64,000 bases of DNA from an uncultured delta proteobacterium (GCA_963696385.1 CAVOKF010000004.1:1088001-1152000); one strand, 5' to 3'. Shown: positions 31,830 through 43,727, counted from the first letter of the stretch. Program-made: numbers and translations. Notes: generated from the sequence alone by a model not told the origin.

Positions 31830-32171
31830 CGGATTGACTATGTGATCGCGCTCGTCAATTGTCAAGCGGTCGCTAAAGTGTAGTCCGGTGCGTTTGGCGG
31901 AGCTTGTTCGTGCCCGCATGCACCTGGCAGCGGGGATCGGAGACTGCGCCGAACATTCACTCGTGACGACGCCGACTCCACGGCGTCTCAGGTGGTTTCT
32001 GGGTGGTTTCTCCGCCCCGCCCCGACGGCTTCGGCCACCTGCCGGTCAGCCCACCGCCGACCCACCGAACCATTTTCCGGGGCCGGATAGACGTTGCCAA
32101 GGCAAGCGACCCCGAGTCTCCTCGAGCCGAAGGCTGGCGCTCGTACGGAGCGAGCGTCACGTCGCCGGCCT

Positions 32172-33080
32172 TTACTGCGCAGAGCGAACCGCCAGCTCCT
32201 TCGCCACTTCGACGAACAGACGCAGTGGTGGCGAGCGCCGCGCGACGCTGGGGAAGTAGAGGAAGAAGCCGGGGACCGTCGGCGCATAGCGTTCGAGCAC
32301 CCGCTGCAGCCGGCCCATGCGTAGCCGCTCCAACACCATCGGCTCGAAGGCGTAGACGAGCCGTACCCCCTGTTCCGCGAGGGAGGCGTTCAACGAGGAG
32401 TCGTCGCTGACGACGCCCCCGTGAACCGGCACGCGCCAGTTCTTGCGGCCGCGCTCCAGCTCCCAGGCGTAGAGCGCCCCAGTCGTCCGCGAACGGAAGG
32501 TGATGCACTCGTGGCGCAGGAGATCCTCCGGGCGTTCCGGGGTCCCGCGGCGCGCGAGGTAGTCGGGCGACCCTACCACCACGAAGCGGAACGGCTCCGT
32601 GAGCCGCACCTGCACCATGTCGCGCTCGATGGCCTCGCTGAGCCGGACCCCTGCGTCGTACCCCTCCGCCACGATGTCCACGAAGCGATCGTCGACCGCG
32701 ACTTCGACCTCGACGCGCGGATAGCGGGTGCGAAACGTGGGAACCACGGGGTCGACGACGAGGGGGACGGCCACGCGAGGTACCGACAGGCGGACGCGAC
32801 CGACGACTTCCCCAGGTTGAGCGGACGCCTCGCTCAGCGCAGCGAGCGCAAGCCCCAACGCCGGACCCGCACTCTGCACGAGCCGCCGCCCCGCCTCCGT
32901 CACCGACACGCTCCGGGTCGTGCGGGCCAGAAGCACCACGCGAAGCTGCTCCTCGAGCTGTCGGACCGCCTGGCTGACCGCGGACCGGGTGACACCGAGC
33001 TCGCGCGCCGCACTGCTGAAGCTGCGCAAGCGTGCCACCGCAAGGAATGCCTGAAGCTGCGGGAAAGGAGCGGCGCTCAT
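32172..33080 (-). CDS. LysR family regulator
   Basis: SFSSAARELGVTRSAVSQ, RTTRSV. Confidence 0.95.
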   Translation of the reverse strand: MSAAPFPQLQAFLAVARLRSFSSAARELGVTRSAVSQAVRQLEEQLRVVLLARTTRSVSVTEAGRRLVQSAGPALGLALAALSEASAQPGEVVGRVRLSVPRVAVPLVVDPVVPTFRTRYPRVEVEVAVDDRFVDIVAEGYDAGVRLSEAIERDMVQVRLTEPFRFVVVGSPDYLARRGTPERPEDLLRHECITFRSRTTGALYAWELERGRKNWRVPVHGGVVSDDSSLNASLAEQGVRLVYAFEPMVLERLRMGRLQRVLERYAPTVPGFFLYFPSVARRSPPLRLFVEVAKELAVRSAQ

Positions 33081-33229
33081 GAAGCGAAGAGCGCTCGAGC
33101 TGGAGCCGATTGTCAAGCAGAGCTAAACAGGCCGTCGCCGAGATGGCGTCTAGTCCGCCGCCGGCAACGGGCGCATCTTCTTCGCGTCGGTCCGGTTCGT
33201 GCCCGAAGGCGCGTGAAGGAGGAGATGCC

Positions 33230-34092
33230 ATGAGCAAAAAGGTCTGGTTCATCACGGGCGCGGGTCGCGGCATGGGCGTCGACTTCGCAAAGGCGGCCCT
33301 GGCGGCCGGCCACGCCGTCGTGGCCACACGGGCCGGGACCCCGACCGCGTATCCAGAGCGCTGGGTCTGTCGAACGATCTGCTGGCCGTGAAGCTGGACG
33401 TCACTCGACGCGCCGATGCCGAAGCGGCGGTGAGCGCCGGCGTCGATCGGTTCGGGCGCATCGACGTGCTGGTCAACAACGCGGCCAGCTTCTACGCCGG
33501 TTACTTCGAGGAGCTGTCGCCGGAGCAGATGGATCGGCAGCTGGCGGCGAGCCTCACTGGACCCATGAACGTCACCCGCGCCGTCCTGCCGGTGATGCGC
33601 AAGCAGCGCTCGGGACACGTCATCGCGATCTCCTCCTCGGCGGGCCTCACGGGCTTCGAGTTCTGCAGCGCCTACGCGGCGTCGAAGTTCGGCCTCGAGG
33701 GGTGGATGGAGTCGCTCGCGCCCGAGGTCGCGCTGTTCGGCATCGCTACCACTATCGTCAACCCCGGGTTCTTCCGTACGGAGCTCCTCTCGGAGCAATC
33801 GACGAGCTACGCCGAGCCGTCGATCAGCGACTACAGCGAGCGCAGAGCGAAGCAGCTCGAGTTCTGGGGAGCCCAGAACGGCAAGCAGGGGGGCGACCCC
33901 GCAAAGCTCGCGAAGGCCCTCATCACCCTCACCGACCAGGAGCGCCCACCGCTGCGCTTCATCGCGGGGGCCGATGCGATCGGGACGGCCGAGCAGACGG
34001 TCGCCACGCTTCGGCAGCAGATCGATGCGTACCGCGGCTTATCCTCCTCGCTCGCGTTCGACGAGGCCGTCACGGCCCGTAGCTCGAAGTAG
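33230..34092 (+). CDS. SDR oxidoreductase (frameshift near 33330)
   Basis: [21 protein letters not shown]. Confidence 0.9.
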
Positions 34093-34117
34093 TCGGACGA
34101 AGGGAGCAGGTACGAAC

Positions 34118-34758
<641 letters not shown>

Positions 34759-34803
34759 CCGACGGCGAGCCTCGGAGGCGAAGCCGAACGAAAGGAAAGC
34801 ACA

Positions 34804-35365
34804 ATGAAGAGCGTCGTCGTCGTCACCGGTGCGGGCTCGATCGGCCAAGCGATCGCCCGTCGCGTCGGCGCGGGGAAACACGTTCTGCTCGCCGACCTGC
34901 GCGCGGAGAACGCGAAGGCGGCCGCCGACGTGATGAGCAACGCCGGGTTCGAGGTCAGCACCGCGACCGTCGACATCTCCTCGCGCGAGTCGATCCACGA
35001 GCTCGCCCTTGCGGCGACGAAGCTCGGTGAGGTCACGGGGGCGATTCACGCGGCCGGCGTGTCCCCCTCGCAAGCGTCGCCGGCGACGATCCTCAAGGTC
35101 GACCTTTACGGCACCGCCGTCCTGCTCGAGGAGTTCGGGAGCGTCATCGCGCGAGGCGGGTCCGGCGTGGTCATCGCGTCGCAGTCGGGCCATCGTCTGG
35201 GAGCGCTAAGCGCGGAGCAAGACAAGGCGCTCGCAACGACGGCCCCCGAGCAGCTGCTCTCGCTTCCGTTCCTCCAGCCCGAGCAGGTGAAGGACTCGCT
35301 GCACGCCTACCAGCTCGCCAAGCGCGAGAACTCGCTTCGCGTCATGGCGGAGGCGGTGCGGTGGG
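34804..35365 (+). pseudogene. SDR oxidoreductase, 3'-truncated
   Basis: VTGAGSIG, HAAGVSPSQA, YQLAK; similarity stops after EAVRW. Confidence 0.85.
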
Positions 35366-35549
35366 CAATCCTCTCGCGGCCAAAAGACGTTGGACCCGGC
35401 GCTGTGGCCGTGCGCGGACCCCTTCACGGCGAGCGCATCGACTTGAGCGCGCAGCCGAACATGGTAATGTTGTTCGGAACATTCCCTACAGCTTGCCGAT
35501 GCTGCGACACCTCGATCCCGCTGACCGTCAGGCGCAAGTCGCTCGTACC

Positions 35550-35744
35550 ATGACCGACCAAGACGTTGCCCGCAACACGCGCGCGGTTGCGCATGCAATC
35601 GGGCAGCAGAAGCTCGAGGGCTTGACGGTGCCGGCGGTGACGGAGCGCGACTTGTACCGAGTGGCACGCGGCGAGATGCCTCTCACCGAGGCCATCCGCA
35701 ACGTCTACGCCCAGTTCGGGAATGTCCCGGTATTCCAGCCTTGA
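35550..35744 (+). CDS. VbhA/FicA-like antitoxin
   Basis: AIGQQKLEGL resembles the inhibitory (S/T)xxxE(G/N) motif; overlaps fic. Confidence 0.7.
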   Translation: MTDQDVARNTRAVAHAIGQQKLEGLTVPAVTERDLYRVARGEMPLTEAIRNVYAQFGNVPVFQP

Positions 35745-36308
35745 CCCGTACCTCGATCCGGCGTCCGGGGCTCTGAAAAACCGTTTTCGGCATTACCGAC
35801 GAACCGACCCTTGAGGCCGCAGAGGCCTCTCTCGTCGCGCTGCGCTCCTACGAACTCGCGCGGCAGCCCATCCCGGGTGCCTTCGATCTCGCGCATCTGC
35901 AAGCCATCCACCGCCACCTGTTCGGCGATGTCTATGCATGGGCGGAGCAGCTTCGCACGATCGACATCGCCAAGGGCGGCAACGCACCACGCTTACATCG
36001 CGACCGCCGCCGCGCCGATCTTCGCACAGCTCGCGCGCGAGAGGCATTTGACGGGGCTAGCGCCAGCGGCTTTCAGCGGCCGGGCGGCCCACTACCTGGG
36101 AGAGGTCAATGCATTGCACCCGTTTCGCGAAGGCAATGGACGTGCGCAACGCGAGTTCGTGAGTCATCTGGCCCATTCGAACGGCTACTACGTTGCCTGG
36201 GAGTACATCACCGCTTCGGACATGCTGGAGGCCTCGATCGAAGCCTTCCGAGGCGATGTGTCAAAGCTCGCGGCGATGGTCCACGGCAATCTGAGTCGCA
36301 GCGGTTAG
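35722..36308 (+). CDS. Fic-domain toxin (FicT/VbhT-like), with frameshifts near 35790 and 35980
   Basis: DPYLDP..G.LKN, HLQAIHRHLFGDVY, HPFREGNGRAQR. Confidence 0.9.
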
Positions 36309-36426
36309 GCCGCCGCCCCAAGAAAGACGCCCGGAACGTGGGCGCGTACGTCTCGTTCGGTGGAGCGAGTCGATGGCGTCGTCACCTCCGCTGCGGATCC
36401 GCACGTGAGCTTGGGCTCGAAGGACG

Positions 36427-37628
36427 CTAGTACCTCGAATCCATTGACGCGACGGGTTTTGCTTTCCATGGCGACGAGGGCGTGCTCCATGGTGGGCCAT
36501 GAAAAAGCGCTACGTAGTGAATCTGACGGTGGACGAGCGGGCGGCGCTGACGCAGCTCGTGAAGCGTGAGCGCGTCTCGGGCCTGAAAAGGCTTCGCGCA
36601 AGCATTTTGCTGAAAGCCGACGAAGGGCTGACCGATCAGGAAATCTCGGACGACTTGGAGGCCGGGCTCGTCACGGTGGAGCGCGTGCGCAAGCGCTGCT
36701 GCGAGCGCGGCGTCGAAGCGTGCCTGGAGCGCAAGCCCCAAGACACCCCGTCGCGGCCGCGAAAGCTCGACGGGGCCTCGGAGGCGCGGCTGGTTCAGAA
36801 TCGCTTGCAGTGAGCCGCCCGCAGGGCGGGCACGGTGGACCATCTCGCTTCTCGCGGACCGACTCGTCGAGCTGAAGGTGTTCGACTCCGTCAGCCCGAG
36901 CACGGTCCAGCGCGGTCTAAAAAAAACGAAATCAAGCCCTGGCTTGTAGAGCGCTTCTGCATTCCGCCTGAGGAAAACGCGGCGTTCGTAAAGTGCATGG
37001 AGGATGTGCTCGACGTTTACCATCGACCCTATGATCCGGACCGGCCGCAGGTCTGTCTCGACGAGACCAGCAAGCAGTTGCTCGAGCACACCCGCCAGCC
37101 CGTTCCTGCGAGCCCCGGCACACCGGCCCGCGTCGATGACGAATACAAGCGGTGCGGCACAGCCAACATCTTCGCTGCCGTGGAACCGCTGACCGGGCAA
37201 TCCGTCGTCGAAGTGACCGAGCGACGCACGGCCGTCGACATGGCGCATTTCTTAGCCCGCCTGTCCGACGAGACCTACGCAACCGCGACCGTCATCGTCT
37301 TGGTCATGGACAACCTCAACATCCACGATCTTTCGTGCCTGTACGAAGCATTCGCGCCCAAAGAGGCTCGTCGTCTGGTCGAGAGGTTCGAGGTTCACCA
37401 CACCCCCAAGCACGGCAGTTGGCTCAACGTCGCCGAAATCTTCCTCTCGACCCTATCGATACAGTGTCTCGACCAGCGCGTCGGCAGCATCGGCGCGCTC
37501 CACACGATCGTCTCCGCGTGGCAGGCTTCGCGACCCGACCGCAAGGTCAACTGGCGCTTCACCACGGCGGACGCACGCATCAAGCTGCGCCGCCTCTACC
37601 CTTCCATTCCGTAGAATCGGGGTACTAG
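36427..37628 (+). mobile_element. IS630-family element (orfA from 36499, DDE orfB ending 37614, A8 slippery site near 36920)
   Basis: Ends CTAGTACCTCGAATCC / AGAATCGGGGTACTAG; CLDETSKQL, VMDNLN, GSWLNVAE; extra indel near 36799. Confidence 0.95.
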
Positions 37629-37721
37629 TACCCCGATTCCATGAAACGGAGGGGTGAGACCACCCGATCCCGTCGGGAATATCGCGGAAAACGACCCTTC
37701 CATTCCGCGGAATCGAGGTAC
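37625..37721. mobile_element. MITE copy 3, sharing CTAG with the IS630 right end; lacks distal TAG
   Basis: Same internal sequence as copies 1-2; abuts a truncated integrase. Confidence 0.9.
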
Positions 37722-38746
37722 CGACAGGATGATCACGTGATCGAGGCACTCGCGGCGGACGCTCCCCAGAAATCGCTCGCAGACCGCGTTCATTAACGGC
37801 GCCCGCACGGCGGTCCGCACGACACGGGCACCGGCACCTGCGGCGATGCGGTCGAAGCCCGCGCCGAACTTGTCATCGCGATCTCGGATGATGAACTGCG
37901 GACCGCACCCGAACGGCGTCGCGTTGCGAATCTGCTGCGCGGTCCACGCCTGCGTGGGAGCGCGCGTCACCGACACCTGCACGACGCGCTTGGCGTTCAC
38001 GTCGACGATGAAGAACGCGTAGATGGGACGGAACCAGATGTCGTAGATCTGAAGGAAGTCGCACGCCCACACGGTGTGGTTTCGCAGGAAGGTCCGCCAG
38101 CGTTGTCCCGGGCGCGGCGCGACGGGCCCCGCGGCGCCTCGCATGTACCGTTGCACCGTGCGCTTCGCGATGCCGACGCCGAGCTTCAAGAGCTCGCCTC
38201 GAATCCGCTCGGCTCCCCAGAGCCGGTTCTCGGTCGCCATGCGGCGGATGAGCGTTACGACGTCCGGCGCGAGACGCGGTTCGCGCGGACCGGCCCGGCG
38301 GGACTTCCGCCGCCAGAACAATCGGAACCCCTCCCGGTGCCATCACAGGACGGTCTCGGGCTTGAGCACGAGCAGGGCCTGGCGCCACTGGGAAAGAAAG
38401 CTCGCCAGGAGCACGATCAGGCCTCGCTCGTGGGTGCGCAGAACAGGGCGTTTGACCGCGCGCGAGGCGACGATGAGCTGCTGGCGAAGAAGCACGTTCT
38501 CGGCGACCAGCTCGGCCCGGGAGCGGGTGAGATCGGCGATGAAGCCGCTCGCGACGCCCGAGGGCCGGCATGCGTCGCCAAGCGCCCTCATCGCCCGGGC
38601 TGCCACGCCGGCGAGCATTGCCCGAAGCCGAGAGCCAGACGAGCAAGGCACCGCGCGATCCGAGCCGATCCGACGCCGATCATCAAGGCTTGTTCCGACG
38701 AGAATCCTGAGCGATCGTGCGGCGGAGGAGGGAAGTAGCCAGGACA
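37722..38746 (-). mobile_element. rve integrase-core IS, frameshifted and 3'-truncated by the MITE
   Basis: ELVAENVLLRQQL, WGAERIRGELLKLG, WACDF, RDRDDKF, ERFLGSVRRECLDH; end TGTCCTGGCTACTTCC. Confidence 0.9.
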
Positions 38747-38893
38747 GCCATCGGCCGCATGGCGCTTTCCGACGTTCCGCAAGCCACATTCGTAGCGTCC
38801 TCGAAGAGGCTGCGGCCAAGGGTCTGCTGCGCAAGACCGCGTCCGACCTGCGCGGCGTGCTTCACCGGTCTTTCGGGCCTTCGCCGCTCCGGT

Positions 38894-39190
38894 CTACGTG
38901 CCCGGTGGCTGATTGGTCAGTCTCGCGATCTCCAAGAAATCGCCTGCTTCGCGGTACCAGATCCAGAGGTTGAGGCCGCGCACCTGCCGCACGTGCACCA
39001 GCGTCACCACTCCGCGCGCATCGGCCGGCTCCAGGATCGTCATCGCGTCGCCATGCCCCGGTAACGTCTCGGACGTGCACAGTGCGACAATCGTCGCAGC
39101 GATCGCACGCGACTCCGGCGAGTGCTTAATGATACCGATCGCGGTGCGACGAGCGAGAAACCGCGGGCTCAGTCGAGGCGTTCGGGCCAC
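38894..39190 (-). CDS. Putative RelE/ParE-like toxin
   Basis: 98 aa; HVRQVRGLNLWIWYRE..LEIARL resembles the RelE beta-sheet; overlaps an upstream acidic ORF. Confidence 0.45.
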   Translation of the reverse strand: MARTPRLSPRFLARRTAIGIIKHSPESRAIAATIVALCTSETLPGHGDAMTILEPADARGVVTLVHVRQVRGLNLWIWYREAGDFLEIARLTNQPPGT

Positions 39191-39339
39191 GCGCCGGTCT
39201 CTACCCAGTGCTGAAGCTCGTCCGCCGTCAGCTCGACACCCTCACCGCGGTCGAGCTCTGCCAGTCCGGCGCGAATTTCCGCCTCGTCATCGGCCGAGGG
39301 GCTGACGAGCTCAGGATTCGGTCGCGCGCGGGGAGCCAT
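39169..39339 (-). CDS. Putative 56-aa acidic antitoxin (below ORF-track cutoff)
   Basis: MAPRARPNPELVSPSADDEAEIRAGLAELDRGEGVELTADELQHWVETGAWPERLD*. Confidence 0.55.
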   Translation of the reverse strand: MAPRARPNPELVSPSADDEAEIRAGLAELDRGEGVELTADELQHWVETGAWPERLD

Positions 39340-39649
39340 CGCCCAAAGGTAGCACGCTACGCGGAGTGAGCGACTCTGTCGATCCGCCGCCCGGCATTGG
39401 AGACGGGTCAGCCATCGTCGAGCATCTGCAGCACTGTCCTGGCTCCTTGGGCTGTCCGGCGGCTTCGCGGGCGCATGTGGAAGTCGAGCTAATTAGATCG
39501 CGTCGGCTCCGCGCGGTTGGCTCTTGTTGCGGGGTCGATCGCCCGTCGCGCGCGTGCCCGCGGCGAGCAACTCGTGAGGGCTGCCGGACCGTCGCAGGCG
39601 TAGCTGCAAAGGCCCACGGGCCCCGCGCCGCCAACGCGAATGGCCCCTG

Positions 39650-40141
39650 TTACGACGGGGCATGATGCGACTGGTCCTGGTCGCGCTTCACCGCCGTTTC
39701 CGCAGCAGCCGCCGCTGTGAGCTCCGCGTCGTCGCCGATGCTCTCGTGCGGCAAGTCGTCAAGAAATCGGCGGCCCCCGGAAAACTGTTCGGCGACGTGC
39801 TCCACGAACTGCTTGTAGCGGCCTTCGGCGTTCGCTCGCGCCGCCTTCTTGCCGTCATCGGGGATGTTTGGTGTGTGCGCAAACCAAACGCGGAGGAAGA
39901 CCGCAAACGCCTCCGACAGAAACTCGCGCTGGCCGCGAGCTACCGCGCGACCGAGTCGGTCCAGGCGCCGCAGGACGAGCGTGGCGTCGCTCGTGCCATC
40001 GAGGTACTGCTGGACGGCGGCTAGAACGACGGCGCTCACGGTCGAATCCGTCGCCGCACAGAATCGGTCAAGACGCTTGGAGACTTCCACGTCCACATAG
40101 GGTTGCAGCCGCACGCGGCCACGTCGCACGAGTTTGGTCAT
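39650..40141 (-). CDS. CopG/RHH-like protein of the type found between traG and trbB in Tn4371-like ICEs
   Basis: VSAVVLAAVQQYL, LRRLDRLGRAV, SEAFAVFLRVWFAHTP, YKQFVEHV. Confidence 0.65.
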   Translation of the reverse strand: MTKLVRRGRVRLQPYVDVEVSKRLDRFCAATDSTVSAVVLAAVQQYLDGTSDATLVLRRLDRLGRAVARGQREFLSEAFAVFLRVWFAHTPNIPDDGKKAARANAEGRYKQFVEHVAEQFSGGRRFLDDLPHESIGDDAELTAAAAAETAVKRDQDQSHHAPS

Positions 40142-40628
40142 CAGGAAGCTCCTTCTTGGCGGCGGAAAGCTCGCAATGGGCCGGCCCAGGGCCGCCGATC
40201 GGCGACCAATCGATAAACTCCGCAGCGTCGTACTCGGTCGACACCCGGAGCCCAGCACGAGACGGCACCAGCAGCGACAAGAAGTGTTAACGCACGCATG
40301 GGCCCTCCGCGGCGGTCGAAAACGCCCGCCTCTCCGCCCGAACACCACTCGCCAGAAAGCCCGGGCGGTTGGAACGGACAGCCAATATGAGTCCCATACT
40401 CGCTTCCGTCAAATGCGATATCAACGTTCACTCCGAGCCAATCACCGGCGGGGTTGGCCACGACGCGATGCACAGCGATCCACCCGCGGACGACGGTCAA
40501 AGCGACTAGCCGAGGTAGGTGGTCAATTACTGACCATGGGTCAAGTCAAACCCGCCTTTCGAGGGATGCTGCACCGCTTTTAACAAGTATAACAGCAACT
40601 TATCATACTCATGGGCATGATAAGCATA

Positions 40629-40643
40629 TGGCACGATCTTTGC
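40629..40643 (+). promoter_or_regulatory. Sigma-54 (-24/-12) promoter
   Basis: TGGCACG-ATCT-TTGC matches the consensus. Confidence 0.7.
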
Positions 40644-40751
40644 GGTTGACGCGACCGGTGCACTGATCAAATGGTTAGAAGCGTCGTTCTGCCTGACTCC
40701 CGATCGGGCACCACGGCACCGGATGGTGCCCGTTGGTCGGAAGAAACCCCC

Positions 40752-42158
40752 ATGAATAACCACGAATATCCGACTCCCACGTTTCCGTTGGAATCCTCAA
40801 TCATCATGGTCAAAGGCGGGCGCCTCGAGGCCGAGGATGGTTCCCAGTCGCTCGCCATCCATGACGAACTCAAGATCGTGGGACGTGCCCGCGATAGCGC
40901 CCTGCGCGTCAACCACGAGACGGTCAGTCTGGTGCACGCCGAATTGCAGGCCACGCCCAAAGGGGTGCGCCTTAAGGATCGGCGGTCACGCAACGGCACC
41001 TTCGTTTCGCACCGAGGCGACGAGACGCAGATCGAAGAGGTGTACTTGGTTCGGCCGTGCGGGGTTCGCTTCGCTGCCAAGCGGTTTCGCTTCGTTCCGG
41101 AACTGCCGGAGTCCGTCGTCGTTTGTACGGAAACGCGGTTCAGAGGCCTGCTTGGTACGACGCCCGAGATGCAGGACCTTTTCTCCCGGATCGAGCGCCA
41201 CGCGTGGGGTTCTCTGTCGATCTTCATTGGCGGAGAGACCGGCACGGGAAAGGAGCGTGTGGCTCGTGCCATTCACGAAGCAAGTTCGAGGTCTCGTAAA
41301 CCGTTCGTGGCCATCAACTGCGCAGCCGTATCGCCTAACTGTCTCGAGAGCGAACTGTTCGGACATGTTCGAGGCGCGTTCACGGGGGCGGACCGAAATC
41401 ACCCGGGTGTTTTTGTCGAGGCGGACGGTGGAACTCTCTTCTTCGACGAGGTCGCTGAAATGAGCCGCGACATGCAAGTGAAATTGCTCCGCGTTCTCCA
41501 AGAGCATGAGGTCCGGCCCGTCGGTGGCACCCCGCGCAAAGTGGACGTCCGAACTCTCTTCGCGACCCACGTCGATCTTGCGGCGGCCGTGAACCAGCGC
41601 CTATTTCGACACGACTTGTACCACCGCATCACCCAGGCGCGCATGGAGATCCCGCCACTTCGCCGTCGGCTCGATGATTTACCGCTGCTGCTGGAGGACA
41701 TTCTGCGGGACCTGAAACGTCCCGACGTGACGTTCGACGAGGCGGCCATGGAGCTGTTACGGGCGCGCAATTGGCCAGGCAACGTCCGCGAGTTGCACTC
41801 GGTCGTGGCGTGCGCTCTCGACGGCTTCTCAGGGTCGAGGCTTACGCCCCAAGAGCTCAGCGCGAGCCTACCATCCGCCCAGCCGCTCCGCCGCGAGACG
41901 GGCGAGTACGATGCGGCGAAAGACGAATTCGATCGGCAGTACTACGAAGCCAAGTACTTTGAGCATCACGGCAACGTTTCGCAGATCGCGCGAGCCGCTG
42001 GCAAGGACCGAGCGACGGTGAGAGCGGCGCTCCGGCGGTTTGTCTTGCTTGAGCCCCCTGCGGCACCCCAAGCACCCCCATTGCTGAACCATCGCCCACC
42101 CGAGCGGTGGTTTCTTCCGACTCGGTTCGTGCGGAAGGGCGCGCGCGCTTCGCCGTGA
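40752..42158 (+). CDS. FHA-domain sigma-54-dependent activator (bEBP, Fis HTH)
   Basis: FHA (VGR..VS.VHA..SRNGTF), GETGTGKE, GAFTGA, WPGNVRELH, GNVSQIAR. Confidence 0.95.
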   Translation: MNNHEYPTPTFPLESSIIMVKGGRLEAEDGSQSLAIHDELKIVGRARDSALRVNHETVSLVHAELQATPKGVRLKDRRSRNGTFVSHRGDETQIEEVYLVRPCGVRFAAKRFRFVPELPESVVVCTETRFRGLLGTTPEMQDLFSRIERHAWGSLSIFIGGETGTGKERVARAIHEASSRSRKPFVAINCAAVSPNCLESELFGHVRGAFTGADRNHPGVFVEADGGTLFFDEVAEMSRDMQVKLLRVLQEHEVRPVGGTPRKVDVRTLFATHVDLAAAVNQRLFRHDLYHRITQARMEIPPLRRRLDDLPLLLEDILRDLKRPDVTFDEAAMELLRARNWPGNVRELHSVVACALDGFSGSRLTPQELSASLPSAQPLRRETGEYDAAKDEFDRQYYEAKYFEHHGNVSQIARAAGKDRATVRAALRRFVLLEPPAAPQAPPLLNHRPPERWFLPTRFVRKGARASP

Positions 42159-42342
42159 ACTCGTATGCGCAGGCGGCACCAATCGAGCGAGAGCTTCAGC
42201 GGCGCCCTCGTCGTGGTCCACCGCACGGCGGGATCGTGATCCACGGCACGGCCTGAAGGGGCGGCCGCGGGCGGCGGGATCGTGATCCAGGGGGGCGCCG
42301 TGGAATGCGCGATCGAGGGCGTCTCGCCGGACGCTGGCGTCG

Positions 42343-42813
42343 ATGTCCAGGCGTCGATGCAGCGAGTGCCGGAAGTGGTTCACGCCTGCCGTGAGCGCGC
42401 TCGATCACCAAGTCGTGTGCGGAGAGGGGTGCCGCGGCCAGCGCCGCAACCGTCAGGCGCGCCGGAGGCGGCGCAACGACCTGGACGAGCAGCGGGCCGA
42501 CGAGCGCGCACGCCAGCAAAGGTGCCGGGACGGCGCCAAGGCAGCCGGATGTCACGAGCTACCCTCGGACGGCAACAGCGTGGATTTATTGCGTAAAGTA
42601 CAGCAGATCGTGGACAAGGCCGCGAGCCTGTCACGAGCTACCCTCCGCCGCGATCTGGGGCGAATTCTGCGGAAAATCGGCCCTTTTGGGCCCGCCAAAG
42701 TGGACAGAGCGGGCCTATGTCACGAGCTACCCTGCGCGCTGGAAGCTGGGGAAAACGGCTGCCGATCGGGCCTGGACCTGGACAGCGTCACGGGCCGGTC
42801 TCGTGCCGGGTGA
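42343..42813 (+). CDS. Hypothetical Cys-rich basic protein
   Basis: CSEC...CGEGC, Arg-rich. Confidence 0.6.
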   Translation: MSRRRCSECRKWFTPAVSALDHQVVCGEGCRGQRRNRQARRRRRNDLDEQRADERARQQRCRDGAKAAGCHELPSDGNSVDLLRKVQQIVDKAASLSRATLRRDLGRILRKIGPFGPAKVDRAGLCHELPCALEAGENGCRSGLDLDSVTGRSRAG

Positions 42814-43727
42814 CGAGTCGTGGTGGATTCGCGGCCGTGACCGCCGCTGCTCAAGCCGAGCGCCTCGTCGCCGTCGCCGATCTCGGCGAGGGCCTGTCGC
42901 GGCTGCGCCTCGCCGACGCCTGCGCGCTGGCCGCCATGCGCGCGTCGCTCAAGCAGCACGGCCAGCTCTCCGCCGTGCGCGCGTTCGAGCGGGATGGCGC
43001 CGTCGAGATCTTCGACGGCTTCAAGCGGCTACGCGCCGCGCGAGGGCTGGGCCTTCGCGATCTGCGCGCCGTCGTCACCGACCTTGGCGCCGTCGATGCC
43101 ACCGTGCAGATGCGCGAGCTGCACGCTGGCCGCGGGCTCACCGCGCTCGAGGAGGCGTGGATCGTGCGCGCCCTGCATCGAGAGCATCACGTGACGCAAG
43201 GGGCGATCGCTGCGCTGCTTCGTTGCCACAAGAGCTGGGTCTGTCGCCGCCTGATGCTGGTCGAAGCGCTCGATTCGTCGGTCCAAGCCGACGTTCGACT
43301 CGGGCTGCTCGCGCCGCGGGCAGCGATCCTCGTCGGCGCGTTGCCACGTGGCAACCAGCCGGCGGTCTCCGCGGTCGTCATCCGTCGCGGGCTCACCGTG
43401 CGGCAGACGGCCCTCTTGGTGCGCGAGCTCGCGGACGACTCGGGGCCGGGGCATGAGGCGGTGCTGGCGCGCTGGCGCGACGGGGGTCGGCCTGCGCGCC
43501 GCGGCCGCCCACGCACGGCAAGGAGCATCGCCGAGACAATCGCGCTCGACGTGACGACCATTCGACGGAGCGCGGGGCGACTTCAGGCCTGTTTGGCCGG
43601 GATGCCGCTCGACGCGTTGGGACCCGCCGCCGACGTCGTGGGCCCCGATCTCAGCAACCTCCATGGCGTGTTGGGCGGCCTGATGAAAACGATCACCGCC
43701 GTGACCGAGAGAGCGAGCAGGGCATGA
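42810..43727 (+). CDS. ParB N-terminal domain protein with HTH
   Basis: SLKQHGQL, IFDGFKRLRAA, TQGAIAALL.CHKSWVCRRL. Confidence 0.85.
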   Translation: MTSRGGFAAVTAAAQAERLVAVADLGEGLSRLRLADACALAAMRASLKQHGQLSAVRAFERDGAVEIFDGFKRLRAARGLGLRDLRAVVTDLGAVDATVQMRELHAGRGLTALEEAWIVRALHREHHVTQGAIAALLRCHKSWVCRRLMLVEALDSSVQADVRLGLLAPRAAILVGALPRGNQPAVSAVVIRRGLTVRQTALLVRELADDSGPGHEAVLARWRDGGRPARRGRPRTARSIAETIALDVTTIRRSAGRLQACLAGMPLDALGPAADVVGPDLSNLHGVLGGLMKTITAVTERASRA

